64,000 nt of DNA from Anthoceros angustus (lineage: Eukaryota; Plantae; Anthocerotophyta): NCBI GenBank assembly GCA_010909165.1, contig MU008171.1:1302001-1366000 (forward strand), given 5' to 3'. Of the stretch, positions 39,165 through 54,164 are shown in pieces. Position 1 is the stretch's first letter. Every line of letters begins with the position of its first letter. The translations under genes were made by a program, and so were the position numbers. The notes beneath the pieces were generated by a model. It was not told the origin of the DNA, ran no database searches, and saw only the letters and a program-made list of their open reading frames with translations.

Positions 39165-42100
39165 TGTGGAGTGTGAATTTTGTCTAGGGACACCGTGAGG
39201 TCCACATTCACCCTCAATGTCGTTGTAGGCTTAGGATTCGCCCAAGGGAATGGTTTGTGCCAAGAGACGCTAACTTCTATCACATCGACCTTCACCTAAG
39301 TGACTTACCGCTATTACTTCTTACCTATCTACTCAACTACTACTACCTCCCGACTTGTCTAACTACCATGATCTTATTCCACAACCACAATCTTATTCCA
39401 CGACCACAAATCTTATTCCACGACCGCAAATCTTATTCCACGACGCGTGGCTCACCACCACCGGTAGTTGCTTGACTACCGAGGTGGGTCCCACGCCAAA
39501 CCCTAGCGACTTATTTCTCAAGACGCGCCGGATCTCGCCAGGCTACCAGCAGATCGACTTTATTCGCACTCCACACTTCATGCACACACACACCGATTCC
39601 TAGGGACCAAAGTTCCACAAATCCTCACCGCCACACACACACAAAGGGCGCCACACTCACACAATTTTACAAGGAACTGTTTCCTCTGTGCACACTTCCA
39701 CCAACAAAGACCGGTTTGGATTCTTTTGGATCCACACAAATCTCCACCGTTAGTCTCTCAATTAGTTCCCTTCTCAACTCCTCTTACACCTGTGATCGCC
39801 AGATCTGTTCATCACTCCTTCACCCAATCTTCTCTCTCTCTCTCTCAATTCGCCCAGTGCTTCCAACCATCCACTCAACACTTCTCTCTCAATTTGAACA
39901 CAACTTGTGAACAAGGGTGAAGGAAAGAAGAACCCCGGCCAAGGCGTTACGAGCAAGCTCACCCGCGCCAATCCCTTTTCCTCCTCCTCCCAAGATTGCT
40001 CTATCACCCCTCCCCCCATGGAGCAAGCTCGACCACCCCTAGGAGCGCCTCGCACACCACCTCCTAACCTGGACGTCTCCAACCAGCCATGTGGGGGATC
40101 TCAACCAGAGTTATCTCGATGTGAGGGGCACAACCAAGCCCCTTTATACAATTGTGGGCGCATAGCCACCGACTTTCCAGTCCTAAAAGAACGCCAAGAG
40201 GCGCCTACAATTTCGGACGGCCTTAGGTCCAAGATGGCATCCTATCCAAAGTTCTATTCCTAGGATGCCACTACTCCCCGCCCATGTTATCTCCGCACCC
40301 TCCGATTTGGTCGCCGCCCTTCGTCCTTGTCTGAATTTATGGGTCCTCCTTCCTCGCTGGTCCGGAAAATCCTCCCATAAACTCTCCACTGTTTTTCCAT
40401 GATCCCAAGTCCCAGCTCCTCACCAATCCTCCACCTGACCCTCCAATGGTCCATATTTGGCCATTGGGCAAAAATTTCTGCAACCTTGGGCGCCCGCAAA
40501 ACCCTCACGCCTACGCCCAATTGCTGATAACTCGCCTAATCTCCAACTTGGTCCCCCTGTGGTTTCTTCCTTCCAGATCATGAGCTCCGCCGCCACGGGC
40601 TGCCCTTCTCCTCGCGAGCTCGTGCCGCCGTGATCGTCTGAGCTACTGCCGCGCCGTGCCTTTCCGAGTTCCCTTAGGGTTATATTTCCCGCCTACCGCA
40701 CGGCTTCCACCACTTCTTCCGCGACCGCTCCTTCCTTCCACGACCGCCCCCGCCCGCCAACCGCTTCAAACATAGTCCCCGACACCCGACCACACACACC
40801 AACTACCGGTTGGTTCGACCTCTAGCCTACGGACAAATATGGGGACCCCCCCCATATATAGGCCTTTCTATTAAATATTCCAAGACCAAAGGCCAAGGAG
40901 TATCGAGTTCATAGTCCAAGGACCGATTATTATTTAACCCAGAAACAACCCAAAACTCATAGGCCAAGGACACTTTCTACTATAAATATCCCTTCCTACT
41001 CATAACCTAGCTCTTCTTGACACCAAACTTAAAAAAACAAAAATCACTCAAAGACACAATCCAGGGGAGTTTCCAATACCGGATCGTTTACATACTCCCT
41101 TCTCATTTGTTGGCGCCCGCCAACTCATGTGTAATATTTCTTGACTCTCCAACCGCTGACTGTTGGTAGGGTCGCCTCTAACTGTTGGAGCTGTATGGAG
41201 CCATTTGCGAAAACTTCAAGGACTTTATATGGCCCCATCCATCGAAGGTGAAGCTTGCCTGGAAAGTGCATATATCTGTTGTCATATGGTAGGTCCAAGT
41301 CACGAGGTACCACCCACAACCTTTCTCTTCCGTCCGGTCCCTCCTGATATAAGCTGTCTCTGTGGCGGACAAATGGACTCGAATAATGCACTGAGGCATG
41401 CTGTTGTTGCCTTGAAAGGTCCGAGGGGATGCTGCCCGATTCCAGGAACTCAAATATTTCTGAATAAGTAGGCCTGGTGTATCCGGATCTCCCCTTCTCA
41501 TTTACTGCCGTACCACCATCACTTGCCTCTTCTCGCGTGCCGCTTCCTCCATCTCGCCAACAACGCTTCATCGGGAACAGAACTTCCACATCCGTCCCAC
41601 CACCTTCCACGGCTGCTCCACCTTCCACTACCGCAGAGTACCTTCCACACCGTCGTCAATTCACTCCATAACAACCCACCAGTGATGGAGTGGGGAATGT
41701 CTCTTCGATAGTCCCGCTCTTCATCCGACCAAGAAATGTGGGCAAACGGAACTTCTCTTTCTCATCCTCCTCCCCAAATGTGTCTTCTGGAGGTATAGCC
41801 ATCTGCTGTATGCCTCTCCTGCGTCGTATCTCGACTCCAAGATAAACATATCCTCCCTTCCTTAACCTTGGGGTCCCAGAGGTTTGAAGCCCACTTCCTT
41901 CCTTGCCCACTTGAAGGTACAGCCCCCATACATCCACGTCCGCCAATCAAAACGCGTCATATCCGGGAGCTTTACTTGATGACCACATAGTCCATAAGGT
42001 GCGGAATGGTACCAATATGGGTTAGAACTCCGCCGCTCCCACGGTGTCATCTCGGACATGTCCGCAAGACGCAGACCTTGGATGTGTGTTCTATCTCCAA

Positions 42101-45100
42101 ACTTCCGAGTGTCCTCCGTCATGATGTTGACCCTGCACCCGAATCCGAGGTACTTTCTTGATAACGCATCCCGAGATTTCTATCTGCAGCTCCATGGACC
42201 TTGGTCACCATGGCCACCATGTTCACGGCAAGGGGCCTCGGCCTTGTTTTGGGAAGGGTCCGCCTCTTCTTGGGTTGTGCCTTCAATGCCACCGGATCTG
42301 GCGGTACCTCGGATTGTCCCCGAAGCGTCCAAATGTTATCATGAATTTTTGGTCCATGATGGCCTCCGCGATTGAAAGGGCCATTTGTGTTCTCCTTCTC
42401 GGCCAACCCCACTCGTTCAACAACCACGAGCTTGTGTGTCAAAGGACGGCCGTGGGGTTGGGTGGGCAGAGGTGGTGTGTGGTGTGGTCTGCTTCCTCTC
42501 GGATCATCTCCATGACTTCCTTCGACATCCGGCGGAAACGCCTAACTCATCCTTTTTCTCTCCCGCTGGTTTTCGCGATGTGTCGACTCGAGTTCCACTC
42601 CTCCCTCCCTTTCTTCGCATCATCCTCGAACTGCGGTTCGGCTAAGGAGTTACATCGTGGTGCCCCCAAAATCGCAGTGGGTGGCGTTATGCCTTGCCCC
42701 CGTCCACCGGATTCGCATGCCTCCTTTTTCCGCCCTCCCCTCCCCGTTGGCATTTTGTGGCCGGACCCTTTCCTTCCTCGCCGATGAAGACGACTTCCTC
42801 CTCACCTCCGATGTTGGAGGCTCCAATCTTCCTTCTTTCTTTTCTTCCCTGCTCCCTTCAGGGTGTCCCTTCTCGCTCCTCCGTGTTCCATGGCGGAGTT
42901 TCATACCCACTATCCATATCCCCAAACCTCTTCTCAAGATTGGCCTCGGAATCCTCCCATACGCCATGAGCGCATCTTCGACTTGCATCATGTAACGGAT
43001 TTTGCAGAGGTGGTGGGTTGCAGAACGGGTTGAGCAATCCTCATATTTCTTTTCGGTCGACAGAGATTTGCCACATCGATTGCTTGCAATCCACATGCCT
43101 CTCAAAATCACCATTCCTGGCGAGATGCTAAGGGCAGCTGGCAAGATGCCGAATCCTCGGCAATTGTAACGAATGGCACTCATTTGCCCGGGTTCCTTGC
43201 CATCGATTGCGAATGCCCATGTGGAGTTTCGCAAACTTGAGGGTACAAAGTCTTGGTACAAATCGGTGTCGCCTCTTGAATTTGGTATGTATCTTCCAAG
43301 CACATCTCCTCCTCCTCTTCCTCGTAGCCATGCACCTTCGTTTGATTCGACCTCGAGTGCCCTCCGCAAGTTGAGCAGAGAGTCGCGCTCCCAGCCCTTC
43401 TCCTCGTGGTCTTTTATGGCATTGAGATGAAGTTTCTCGTTTGGCCATCATTTCCTCCATCTTGTTCCCTGTTGCTCCACCTTTTTGGCTGCTTTTCCAC
43501 CTCTCTTCTCACCGCTCCGTCCTTCTTTGCATACCAGCTCCTTTCTCCGCGGCCTTAGTTCCCACTCATTTTTCGCTTCCTCTTCTCCCTCTTACGCGCT
43601 CATCTCCCGACGAATCTTCCTCCGAGCTATCACGGTCTCTTCTTCCGTGGAACTATCCGAGGAGTCTGTGAGAGCTATCTTCCTCCGTGGAACTGCCATC
43701 ATCGGAGGATGAGTAGTACTTCTTCTTCTTCTGGATTTCTTCTTGTCTCCATCCCTTCTTGATTTCTTTTCCTCCGCATTGGACTCCTCGTAGTTCAGTA
43801 TCCTTGATCGCCGATCCAAGTCTTTCTCACCTTGAGACGACGTGCTTTCCCACCCCGGACCTCTCGCGAACCAACGCCATTAACTGAGTGAGGTCCAAGA
43901 CGATCACGCCGTGGAACCTTTCCACATAAGCTTGCGGTCTCCTTCTTCCCTCTCGCCCCTCGAGTTTGGACAAGACATATCCTTCCACATCAACTCCTCT
44001 AACCTTTCACAAAAGCCTCTTCAAGGCCCCAAAGGTAGTTGGGGTGTGGAAGAAGCAGATACTCGCTTGTACCACTTGGCCGCCTGCGCAAGACTCCATA
44101 GAACAATTGGGCACGTTGCATCCTACCTCGGTGGCGTCGCCACTCAAACGCCGACAAACTCGTCGGGATCCTCGTGGCCCTTCTTCTCTCCATACAACGG
44201 GTAAGATTGCTTAGTGGTAACAACTACCGGAGTAGTAGTCATAGCTACCGTGGTAGTACTTTCAACGATCATGTAGCGGATCAACTACCCTGCCCGATCG
44301 GCTTCTACATTCAAAAGTTTGACCGGATGCCGAGGCAACTGAACGGAGATTGAAAGGCGGGGTCGGGTTGGGGTACCTGGGCCCTTGTACCGTTTCCGTA
44401 GCCGAGAGTTGGGAATCTGAGTCGGATCGGGTCCGATCTCGATTCCTGACCGCCCTCTTCCTCGTCCGTCCTCCCCCGCGCCTCGTGACTCTCTCGCAAC
44501 CTTTCCGCTGCTTGGCTGCTTGCCGCGTTTCCCACTAATCGCTCTTCACCCGAGGCATCCATCTATCAATCTAGTAATGCTAGACTCTACTTAGGCTATG
44601 GTTAGTTCTACCACGTCCTTGATGATTTCATTCCAAGCGCCAAAATGTGGAGTGTGAATTTGTGTCAGGGTGAGGTCCACATTCACCCTCAATGTCGTAG
44701 GCTTAGGATTCGCTCCCAAGGGAATGGTTTGTGCCAAGAGACGCTAACTTCTATCACTCGACCTTCACCTAAGTCGACTTACTATTACTCCTCTTACCTA
44801 TCTACTCAACTACTACCTCCGACTTGTCTAACTACCACATCTTATTCCACAACCACAATCTTATTCCACGACCACAAATCTTATTCCACGAATCTTATTC
44901 CACGCGGTGGCTCTCACCACTCACCGGTAGTAGTTGCTTGACTACCGAGGTGGGTCCCACGCCAAACCCTAGCGACTTATTTCCGACGGCGCCATGGATC
45001 CGCCACGCAGGCTACCACGTGCATGACGACTTTATTCGCACTCCACACTTCATGCACACACACCGATTCCTAGGGACCAAAGTTCCACAAATCCTCACCG

Positions 45101-46547
45101 CCACACACACACAAGGCGCCACACTCACAATTTTACAAGGAACTGTTTCCTCTTGCACACTTCCACGACCGGTTTGGATTCTTTTGGATCCACACAAATC
45201 TCCACTAGTCTCTCAATTAGTTCCCTTCTCAACTCCTCTTACACCTGTGATCTGATGTATTCATCACTCCTTCACCCAATCTTCTCTCTCTCTCTCTCTC
45301 CCTCAATTCCCCAGGCTTCCAACCATCCACTCAACACTTCTCTCTCAATTTGAACACAACTCGGGAACAAGGGTGAAGGAAAGAAGAACCCCGGCCACGG
45401 CACGAGCAAGCTCCGCCCGCGCCAATCCCTTGGTTTCCTCCTCCTTTGCAAGATTGCTCTATCACCCCTCCTCCCCGGGCGGAGCAAGCTCTGACCACCC
45501 CTAGGAGCGCCTCACACACCTCCGCTAACCTGGACGTCTCCAACCAGCGTGCAGCGTGGGGATCTCAACCAGAGTTATCGATGTGAGGGGCACAACCAAG
45601 CCCCTTTATACAATTGTCTCATAGCCACCGACTTTCCAGTCCTAAAAGCCGAACGCCAAGAGGCGCCTACAATTTGGACGGCCTTAGGTCCAAGATGGCA
45701 TCCTATCCAAAGTTCTATTCCTAGGATGCCACTACTCCCCGCCCATGTTATCTCCGCACCCCTCCGATTTGGTCCCGGCCCTTCGTCCTTTGCTGAATTT
45801 ATGGGTCCTCCTTCCTCGTTCGATCCGGAAAATCCTCCCATAAACTCTCCAGTTTTTCCATGATCCCAAGTCCCAGCCTCCCTCACCAATCCTCCACCTC
45901 GGACCCTCCAATGGTCCATATTTGGCCATTGGCGCCAAATTTCGCTGCAACCTTGGGCGCCATGCTCGCAAAACCCTCACGCCTCACAATTGCTGATAAC
46001 TCGCCTAATCTCCAACTTGGTCAATCCCCTGTGGTTTCTTCCTTCCAGAATCATGAGCTCACGCCGCCACTGCTGCCTTACCTGCGAGTGCCTCGTCGAA
46101 TCGTCTGAGCTACCGCCGCTCGTGCCTTCCGAGTTCCCTTAGGGTTATATTTCAAAACTACCGCAACCGCTACCACTTCTTCTTCCGACCGCTCCTTCCT
46201 TCCACGACCCACGCCGCCAACCGTCTTGAAACATAGTCCCGACACCCCACCACACACCACTCAACTCCTTGGTTCGACCTCTAGCCTACTAAATATGGGG
46301 ACCGCCCATATATAGGCCTTTTATTAAATATTCCAAGACCAAAGGCCAAGGAGTATCGAGTTCATAGTCCAAGGACCGATTATTATTTAACCCAAAACAA
46401 CCCCAAAACTCATAGGCCAAGGACACTTTCTACTATAAATATCCCTTCCTACTCATAACCTAGCTCTTCTTGACACCAAACTTAACAAAAACAAAAATCA
46501 CTCAAAGACACAATCCAATGTGGAGTTTCCAATACCGATCGCTTACA
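39165..46547 (-). mobile_element. Family B LTR element, copy 2 (LTRs 39165-41092 and 44646-46547)
   Basis: TG...CA LTRs, TSD AAGTG at 39160-39164 and 46548-46552, integrase-tail ORF 41125-41628. Confidence 0.9.
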
Positions 46548-47330
46548 AAGTGCCACCTACACAAATCCCATGGCTCGCTCATATTGTGGGCTACTTCATT
46601 TCCTTCGTGTCCAGCACCATGCCTTCCTCCTTTCCTAAATGCATAGATCACCTTGCCTTGACGAGTGGCCATGCCCTTCTTGGTTTTCCCACCACGCTCA
46701 CCGGGTAGTGGGGTAACTTGTCTCCCTTGCGAATGGTGACCGGCTGCCCCGACCTGTGATGTCATCTACACAAGGCTGCTTCCGTATCATTAACCGCCGG
46801 TGATGCCTTAGGTTGTCACACCGCCCACATTAGTCCGTGGTTACGCACCCGATGTGCATATGAGCCGGCCGCACAAAGATCCACACTAAGCTCTTCCCCA
46901 GCCAACTTCTCGAAGTTGCCCATATTGTTTCCGAACACCCTCACGTCACGAAAGCACCACACACGCCAAGCACACATACCAAATAGGGTTGTCGCTTGCA
47001 CTTCAAGATCCGAATGACTTCCACCGCTAGTTCCATGCCATTCGAGCCACGGCCACCAAAAGTTTTGCATTCCATCCCGCAATCAACATATCCACTGCAC
47101 CCAATGGCTTCAATTTGACGCTTCCTACCAATAAGATATCGCAGTAGCACCGCTGCATCCTTGATTGCCTCTCGCCATCAACGCGGGGTACTCCTTTGCA
47201 CCGAATGATTCTCGGTCCCGCCACCGTGACGCGCCTTTCATCCAAATTTCACATGTGTATTTTTTTATCCAAATGCCACCTCAAAGATCGCCTAACCTTG
47301 TCGATCCCGAGCAAAGCTCCATCGATGAAT
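46548..47330 (-). CDS. Family A DNMT3-like methyltransferase, copy 2 (motifs I-IX)
   Basis: GAVDMLIAGW(EC) and LSVDLCAAGSYAHRVRNH. Confidence 0.85.
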
Positions 47331-50300
47331 GCCCCGCCCGCTTCCATCGAATCACTTTATTGTTGATCCGGCAGCTTTTAGCCGGATTCAAAACCGCATC
47401 TTCTGTAGGCTGCCTCGGGCACACACGTTAAGGGACACTCCCGAGCCCCTCCTGGATGTGTTCTCGTGGCCGCACCAATCACGGGTGTTCCCGACATGTG
47501 CAAGCACCTCTCGTGGTCATCCAAGTCTCTTCCTCATCGCTCTTCTGCTTCCCACACACCCCGTGAACGCCTCAACAAGCATGCGGTGACCGCACGGCTG
47601 TTTTTCCCGCCTCCTCATGCTTTTTAATTATGGCTATGTGCGAAGTCCCCTGCCTCGCCATCATGTCTCAGAATGCCACCGAATGTAGTGGGTCTACTCC
47701 CATTGTCGGTCCGTGTGGCGCCCAAGCAAAGACATCATAATGTCTTGCGTTAGATACCAAGCAATGAACCTCAATGACCAAGCATCCTCGTGTCCGGCTT
47801 GAGCTCTATGCGAATCGGATCCCGTGGTGATCCCCATCACTTGCTCTTGGTACCTGTGGACGTGGTGATGCGACCTCACATGGCCTCTTCCATATCCTCA
47901 CCGTATACTAAACTCCTTTTGTGTCAATGACCAAGTTTTAACTGCTGGCCGTTGTCTTCCTTGAATTCTCGGCCTTACGCTTATTGTGAGAGCTCGAGCT
48001 TTCACCGCTCAGCAACGCTTGGTCTCCCACTTCTCAAAGATTTCATCCACGCATTTCCACACCTCATCATCCACCTTTGCAACATAATAATAAAGGTCCG
48101 CTGTCCACGAGGCGGTGATAATCGACCTTAGGTCCATGCTTACCGCATCCCACTTGGGAACCCCGCCAGCCAAGCATATATCTCCAACTTCCAGCCTAAG
48201 TCACACTTCACCCCATCAACTAGCCTCGGCCTTCATCTCGCTTTGATGTACCTCACACGGTTGATGAAAGTAAAAATCTTCCTAGCATCCGCAATGGTGT
48301 TGTGATCAGTGGCAACCTCATCTCCTCATGTGTGAGGCCAGCAATAACATATGCATCCATCCACCTATACTCTTGAACCAATGGATACATGTCGGCTAGT
48401 CTAGATCTGGCCTGGAAGGAATGATTCCCTCCCAATACATAAAATTTGTAAACCCCCCATTCCACCTTATCCATGTCAAAGAAGTTCTTGTTGGGACATC
48501 ATGGGTCTATACGACAATCATTGGCAAAGACACCAACCACCACCCACGTGGAATGCTTCATCTTTTACATCAAAGCCTCCACTCAAGCCAGTCTAGCTTA
48601 CGCTTGAACCGACAAAGTTCTTCCGGCGATCTACAACTGATGGATGCAGCTTTAACGTGGACTCCTGCACTCTTTCCCGCAATTGCCTCTTGATGAGAAT
48701 CATATACAAGCTCAAGCAATATGTGTTGCATTACATTCATAATAGAAAGTACATGCCTTTATGTAGGCAAGGTTGTTGTAACCAATAAGTGGTTGTAACA
48801 ACTAACCAATTAAATAACTACTAAAAGAAACTACCTAGAGCCCTAAGGACTAAATTAATTATTAAGTGCTAGGTGCCCTAGTGAAGAGTGCCTAATAGTA
48901 AGCTATTTTATCACTCCCACTCACTATGAACTAGGGTGATTTTCCGACTAAAAAAGAGGTCAAGGAAAACTAGTCTAGCAAAAACTAGTCCCTAACTAAA
49001 CTTTACTTAAAAGCATAAAGTAAAACTTAAACTAAAAACTGAAAGTAATAATCACTATTAAAATAAATCCCACTTAAGGAGAACTGTGGTGAGAAACTAA
49101 TAACCCAACTTAAGTAATTAGGTTGAATTAAAACTAATTAAATTGTATTTAAAGGAATTTATATAGGGAAATTCCAGAAAATAGCCTAATTTCCGAAAAG
49201 GAAAATCAAAAGGATAATAGGTAATACCCTCCTTCCTCCACTTCGCGACTCGATAAAAAGTTTTGGTGGTGGTACATGCAGTCCGATGGCGATGGCAGAG
49301 GGATGGCCACCGCAGCAGGCGCCCAATCCCCGCCCACGGGAGGAGGCGCCACGCAGCACCATCGCGCCTCGCCCAGAGCCCCGCCTCTCTCCGCCACGCG
49401 CCGCGCCGTAGGTCAGGCACGCCTTCCGCCTAACTGTCCAATCCGGCCCCGGCGCGCGACGCCCACGCTTTGCTGGGCGCCACAAGAAGGACAGAGGGCG
49501 CCCCCACCACGATGCCCATAGTCGATATGAAGAGCCTCTCCACACCTCACTGCATTTCGCACTTTCGTAAAGAAACCTCGCATCTATCATTGATCCGACT
49601 CATCCTCGGAGGATGAAGTCAAAATGTATGCCTAAGGATGCTATTTATATATTTACTATATTTATTTTCTCAAAGACATATGAGGAGGGCGCCCAAGGCC
49701 CATGGGGGGTGTGTTAGGGCCGGCCGGGCGCCTATGGCCAAGGCATGGCGTAGGTAGGGGGCGCTGCACCCAAGGGAGGGCAGGCGTCAGGGGCGCCGCC
49801 GGCCGCCCATGGGCAAGGTGTGTTAGGGGAGGGCGCACGAACGGCGACACAAGGTGGTGGGGAGGACGCCGGCCGGGCCGCGCCATGGGCGGTGTGGGAG
49901 GGCGCCGGCCGTCATGAGCAGAGCATCTGGGGGAGGCACCCGGGCCGGGCCTCCCCTAGCTCCACCTCCCGCACTGACGGGTGGTGCAGGAGGCGCGGCC
50001 GGGCCGCGCCCGCCTCACAGATCGCCTGTAGGGCCCACGGGTGGCAGAGGAGGGCGCCGGCGCCTCCGCCACGCCAACCACCAGTGGGCAACGGTGGGCG
50101 CTTAGCGAGGGCGCCCGACCGCCGGCGCCTCCTCCACGCGCCACCCGCTTGGGTCTACGATGGGTGGTGCGTGAGGGAGGCGGCGGCCGCTCACGCCTCC
50201 GCTCGCGCCTCCACCACGGGCATTGACGTGAAACTGATGCTAGGAACTAACTCTAGAAGCTAGGGCTTAGCAAGTAGGTTTTGTTAGCTTAGTTTAACTG

Positions 50301-53300
50301 GTACCGAGCATTACTAAATGCCCTTAAACAGAAAGTCGGAAATAACCCGCAAAATGGCCAAGCTTGGGCCAGTCTCCTCTCACACGGTGGGAGAAAGCGT
50401 ATATGATCACTCCAATCCAAGAGGATGCACCAAGAGTGGTGGTGCATCGTATCACGACGCAAGGTGGTTGCAAGGCGGTTATGGAGCACAAGACCAAGGC
50501 GGCGGAAGGCGCTTGTCAAGTCCCTAGGAGGAACGCTAGCTAAACACACGCAATTTTGTTGTTGTCGAATTTCTAGGTCAGAATGCAAAGACCTGTGTAT
50601 GCGCTGCTCAAAGATTGTGGCAATGTGTAATGTGTGTTCATGGGACTTATCAGCTCTAGGCAGCCCGTGTAGGGCAGCCCTTTAATTTTCTCGAATCGAA
50701 GTGAGCATCAAGACATGTGAGCGCCCGGTGCATGTCTACTTTACAACCGCTCGAGAAGCATTCAACTTGATTCTGCCTTGGCCTGGAGCAGGAGGAGTCT
50801 GCACCCACGGGTCAGCTTGACCCCCTATGGGCTTGACGTGGTGTGCATTTTGCTAGGGTTTCGTGCATGGTCGATTGTCAGGACTTGTTGGGTTTTACGG
50901 CTCAAGGGTGCTGGGTGCGGATTTTCCAGGCCAGCTGTGTGCCCGCTGCCGCACAACTCAAGGCCCTCTCATAATTTTTGAGTCCTCCCATGTCTCAACC
51001 GCAGCAAGTTTCCACGGCCGTCCAGAGCTCATAGCGATCGCCACACGAGGTTGCTTTCAATTTGCATACCATCTTGTTTGCCTCGTTGAGACGAATCCGT
51101 TGGTATCATTTTTGTCTACTTTCGAGTGAGAAACAGGTGGACTGAATGCCTGGGAGAAGTTGATCACTAAGGGTTTTAGTTGGGGAATTTGGCTATGTGC
51201 ACCAACACTTCTCTTGTCGGGTAGGTGCTGGGTCTTGTACAGCACGAGCACGAGGAGTGAGTCGCTGAACAGGCTGAGGATTCTCGCGGTGAGTGAGGCA
51301 TCGAAAAAGCTTGAGGTAGGGGAGGATCCGAGTTGCGATTGGCGTGTTCGGTTTGTGTTTCACACCGATTCGCAGCTAAGGTTTTCCTCCGCACCGACAA
51401 TTGATGCTGGCTTCCTTGACTCATCGGCCGATTACATGGGGCATGCCACCGTGAAGAGGGAGATAGCCCACTGCATCGCTTGAACGAGGGACGTGCCACC
51501 TGTGGTTTTCGTGAGAAGGAGAAGGGCACCACACAAGATTTGTCCTTAGAGGACCTACCAGCAGGAGCCCGGACAAGGATCCTTTGGCACCAGGGGTTAG
51601 CTGGTCCCCACTTACCTTGTGCAGTGACTATAAGGAGGAGCAGGTGCAGTGGGAGTGCACCGCTGGAGGGTCGGGATTAGGCCTTTCCTCGTGGCTCGCC
51701 CGCATTTATCATGTAAGACCTGTGGCAAGAGGACCTGCCCTGTGATTCCGACACGATGGAAGGAGGGCCAAATGGCTGAGAAATTCGGGCCAGAACACAA
51801 TCGTTGAGGGATTTTAGGAGTCAATGAGGCAATTAGGGTCAAGTTCAAACATGGGGCGATAACCACCTCTACATGTTCGAATCTATCAAGATACATGGTG
51901 ATGAGGCCTCGGATTTGTATGAAGCCCACCAAGCGAGCCGACCTCAACTACTACCGCCTCCAATCCATTATTCCAAGGGCACTGCAGATGGATAATGCCA
52001 AGTCGGGTCAAGTGATGCACCACAGCCATATCTGGCAGTGCCGCCACTTGCCCGCCACCCACCGTGATGCCTCCTCTCACGGCCACAGAGGACACACCAC
52101 GCAGGGATTGATGAATTCATACACACCCCCAAATATGCCAACCTGTGGAAGAGTTCATGAAGATCCTCGAGAAGGCTTTTCCACTCAAGACTGAGAAGAT
52201 TGGAGTCAAGCTTTGCACGGGAAAGGGAGACACCCAGATGTGTTTCCGTAGGTCGCAAAAGCGAGATGGGACCTGCATGCTCTGCACAAGAAGCGTGGAG
52301 AAATTCCTCACCTTGAGGGTGATCACCGTTTACCATGTTGTCCTCACTTGTGGATAAGTATGGCGATGCCTATACTTTGCAGCACATGAGGAAGCGGAGA
52401 AGAAAGAGATTGCTTACTGCCTTCTCCTCCAAGCATTCCAAGGCCTTCCACCATTATCAAGGCATGTTTTCAAGCAAGGTCACGCCTGGGAACTTCTTCA
52501 AGGACTACACCAGCTAAGCGCCAAGGCGGAGCAATGAGGATCATAGCCACATGGCCACCATGTGCAACCATTGTGGCGCCGAGCACATCTCACCGAATTG
52601 CAAGTGCCACCTAAGGCCTCTTTGCACTCATTGTCAAAAGAATGGTCATGTGAGCACCGTGCTTTCAACTTCACCCCGAGAGGAGATACCGTGGCAGATC
52701 ACCTGGAGATGCTACTAGCATCAAGACAAGCAGGAGCAACTCCGCACTGGGACTCTAAGAGCAAGCAATGAGGAGAAAGCGAAAGCCAAGGTTGCAAACG
52801 CGACAAGATGACGCCGGAGGCCACGGTGGCGCCTTGGAAGACAGTGGCACGCTTACAACCAGCCTCGAAAGCTGGTGGAGCTAAGCTCGCAGGGTCGCAG
52901 AGGTTCTGATGAAACAATGGAGAAGATTATGGACACCCACATGAGGTGTTGATGCGCTTGCCTCGTGACAAGCTAAGGGAAGATGTGCCACTACATGGGT
53001 TGGGCATGCCATTAATCTTGGCCCTGACATCGTGTTAGCAAATGGGCCCATCACTGCGAGGAGCAAGGCAGCAATGCCTCAATCCTTTATGCCCTTACAC
53101 TGAACCGCCATCCCATTACGGGGGCGGATACATCTTCACTCCGGTGACAAGACAGAGCCAATGCAGACAGATGAGGCAGCTCGCTTTAGGGCAATTGTAC
53201 ATGATGCCCCTTTGGTCACACATGAGCGGCAAAGACGGTTGTTGCACCATTAATGTCCTTGCGGACATGGGCATGACCAGGAACGTCTCCAAAGAATCCG

Positions 53301-54164
53301 CAGACACAGTCACGTTGCTCATGTGCCGGAGATTTGGTAGTCGTCCGGGGACTTGTTCCTTTCCGGATCACCGTAGTAAATTCAGTGGAGCCCGTGGATG
53401 CTTCCATTGCAAATGACCATGATCAATTTCTGTGGTCAGCCGAGCATCCACGCATCCAGCCTACCAACAGTGCGAATGCGAGTGAGTAACGCATGGTAGA
53501 CAACCGAGAGGACGGGTCACCAACTACCGTGCACCTGTGGTGGTGCTGGATACCGCGCCACCACCATTATGGCAGGCCGGCAAAGACGGCTTGGTTTGCA
53601 GTGGAGAAGCACCGCAAATCCCCATGGAACATCCGCGCCTGGGCCGTGGAGCCTGTGTGGCGAGACTTGAGCTGTGCACATCACATTGAATCCAGCTCAT
53701 CGGATGCCATGACCATGTCTCGCCGTGCTTGGTGACCACGGCCACAAACTACGACGCTAGATGAGGAGTTTCTTTTCCCACCGGCGAGGGAGTGGATAAT
53801 TGACGAGCAGCCTTCTATCGGCCCGACCGGCGCAGGAGGACGGCTAGCACATATTCCCTTGACTTGCAGGTGGCCACGAGATCATCACGTTAGTGGTGTG
53901 CCATGCTAGCAAGGAGCCCGTGCAATGCCGTGAAGCTAGTCCAAGATGCTAACCAGCAAGATGCACAATCTTGAAGCGATGACGCCATTCCCCCATGGAT
54001 CTCACAGCTTGCAACATGCCCTTGCACAACCCGATCATCCAGGTGCTCACGCAAAAGATGTAAGAGACAGAGTGCAGTGATGCACTTGTTGATTCAGTGT
54101 TAACAGCCCCACTCAAGATCGAGTGCCGGATCACAATGTGATTACATGGGCGCCATCGTTCAGA

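Larger units (their letters stand above)
34415..50220 (-). mobile_element. Ty3/Gypsy family A, copy 2 (PR-DNMT-RT-RH-INT-PHD) with the same B insertion
   Basis: Colinear with copy 1 at an offset of ~20.3 kb: PHD 35990-36274, RT 38018-38681, DNMT 46548-47330 + 39050-39164. Confidence 0.9.
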
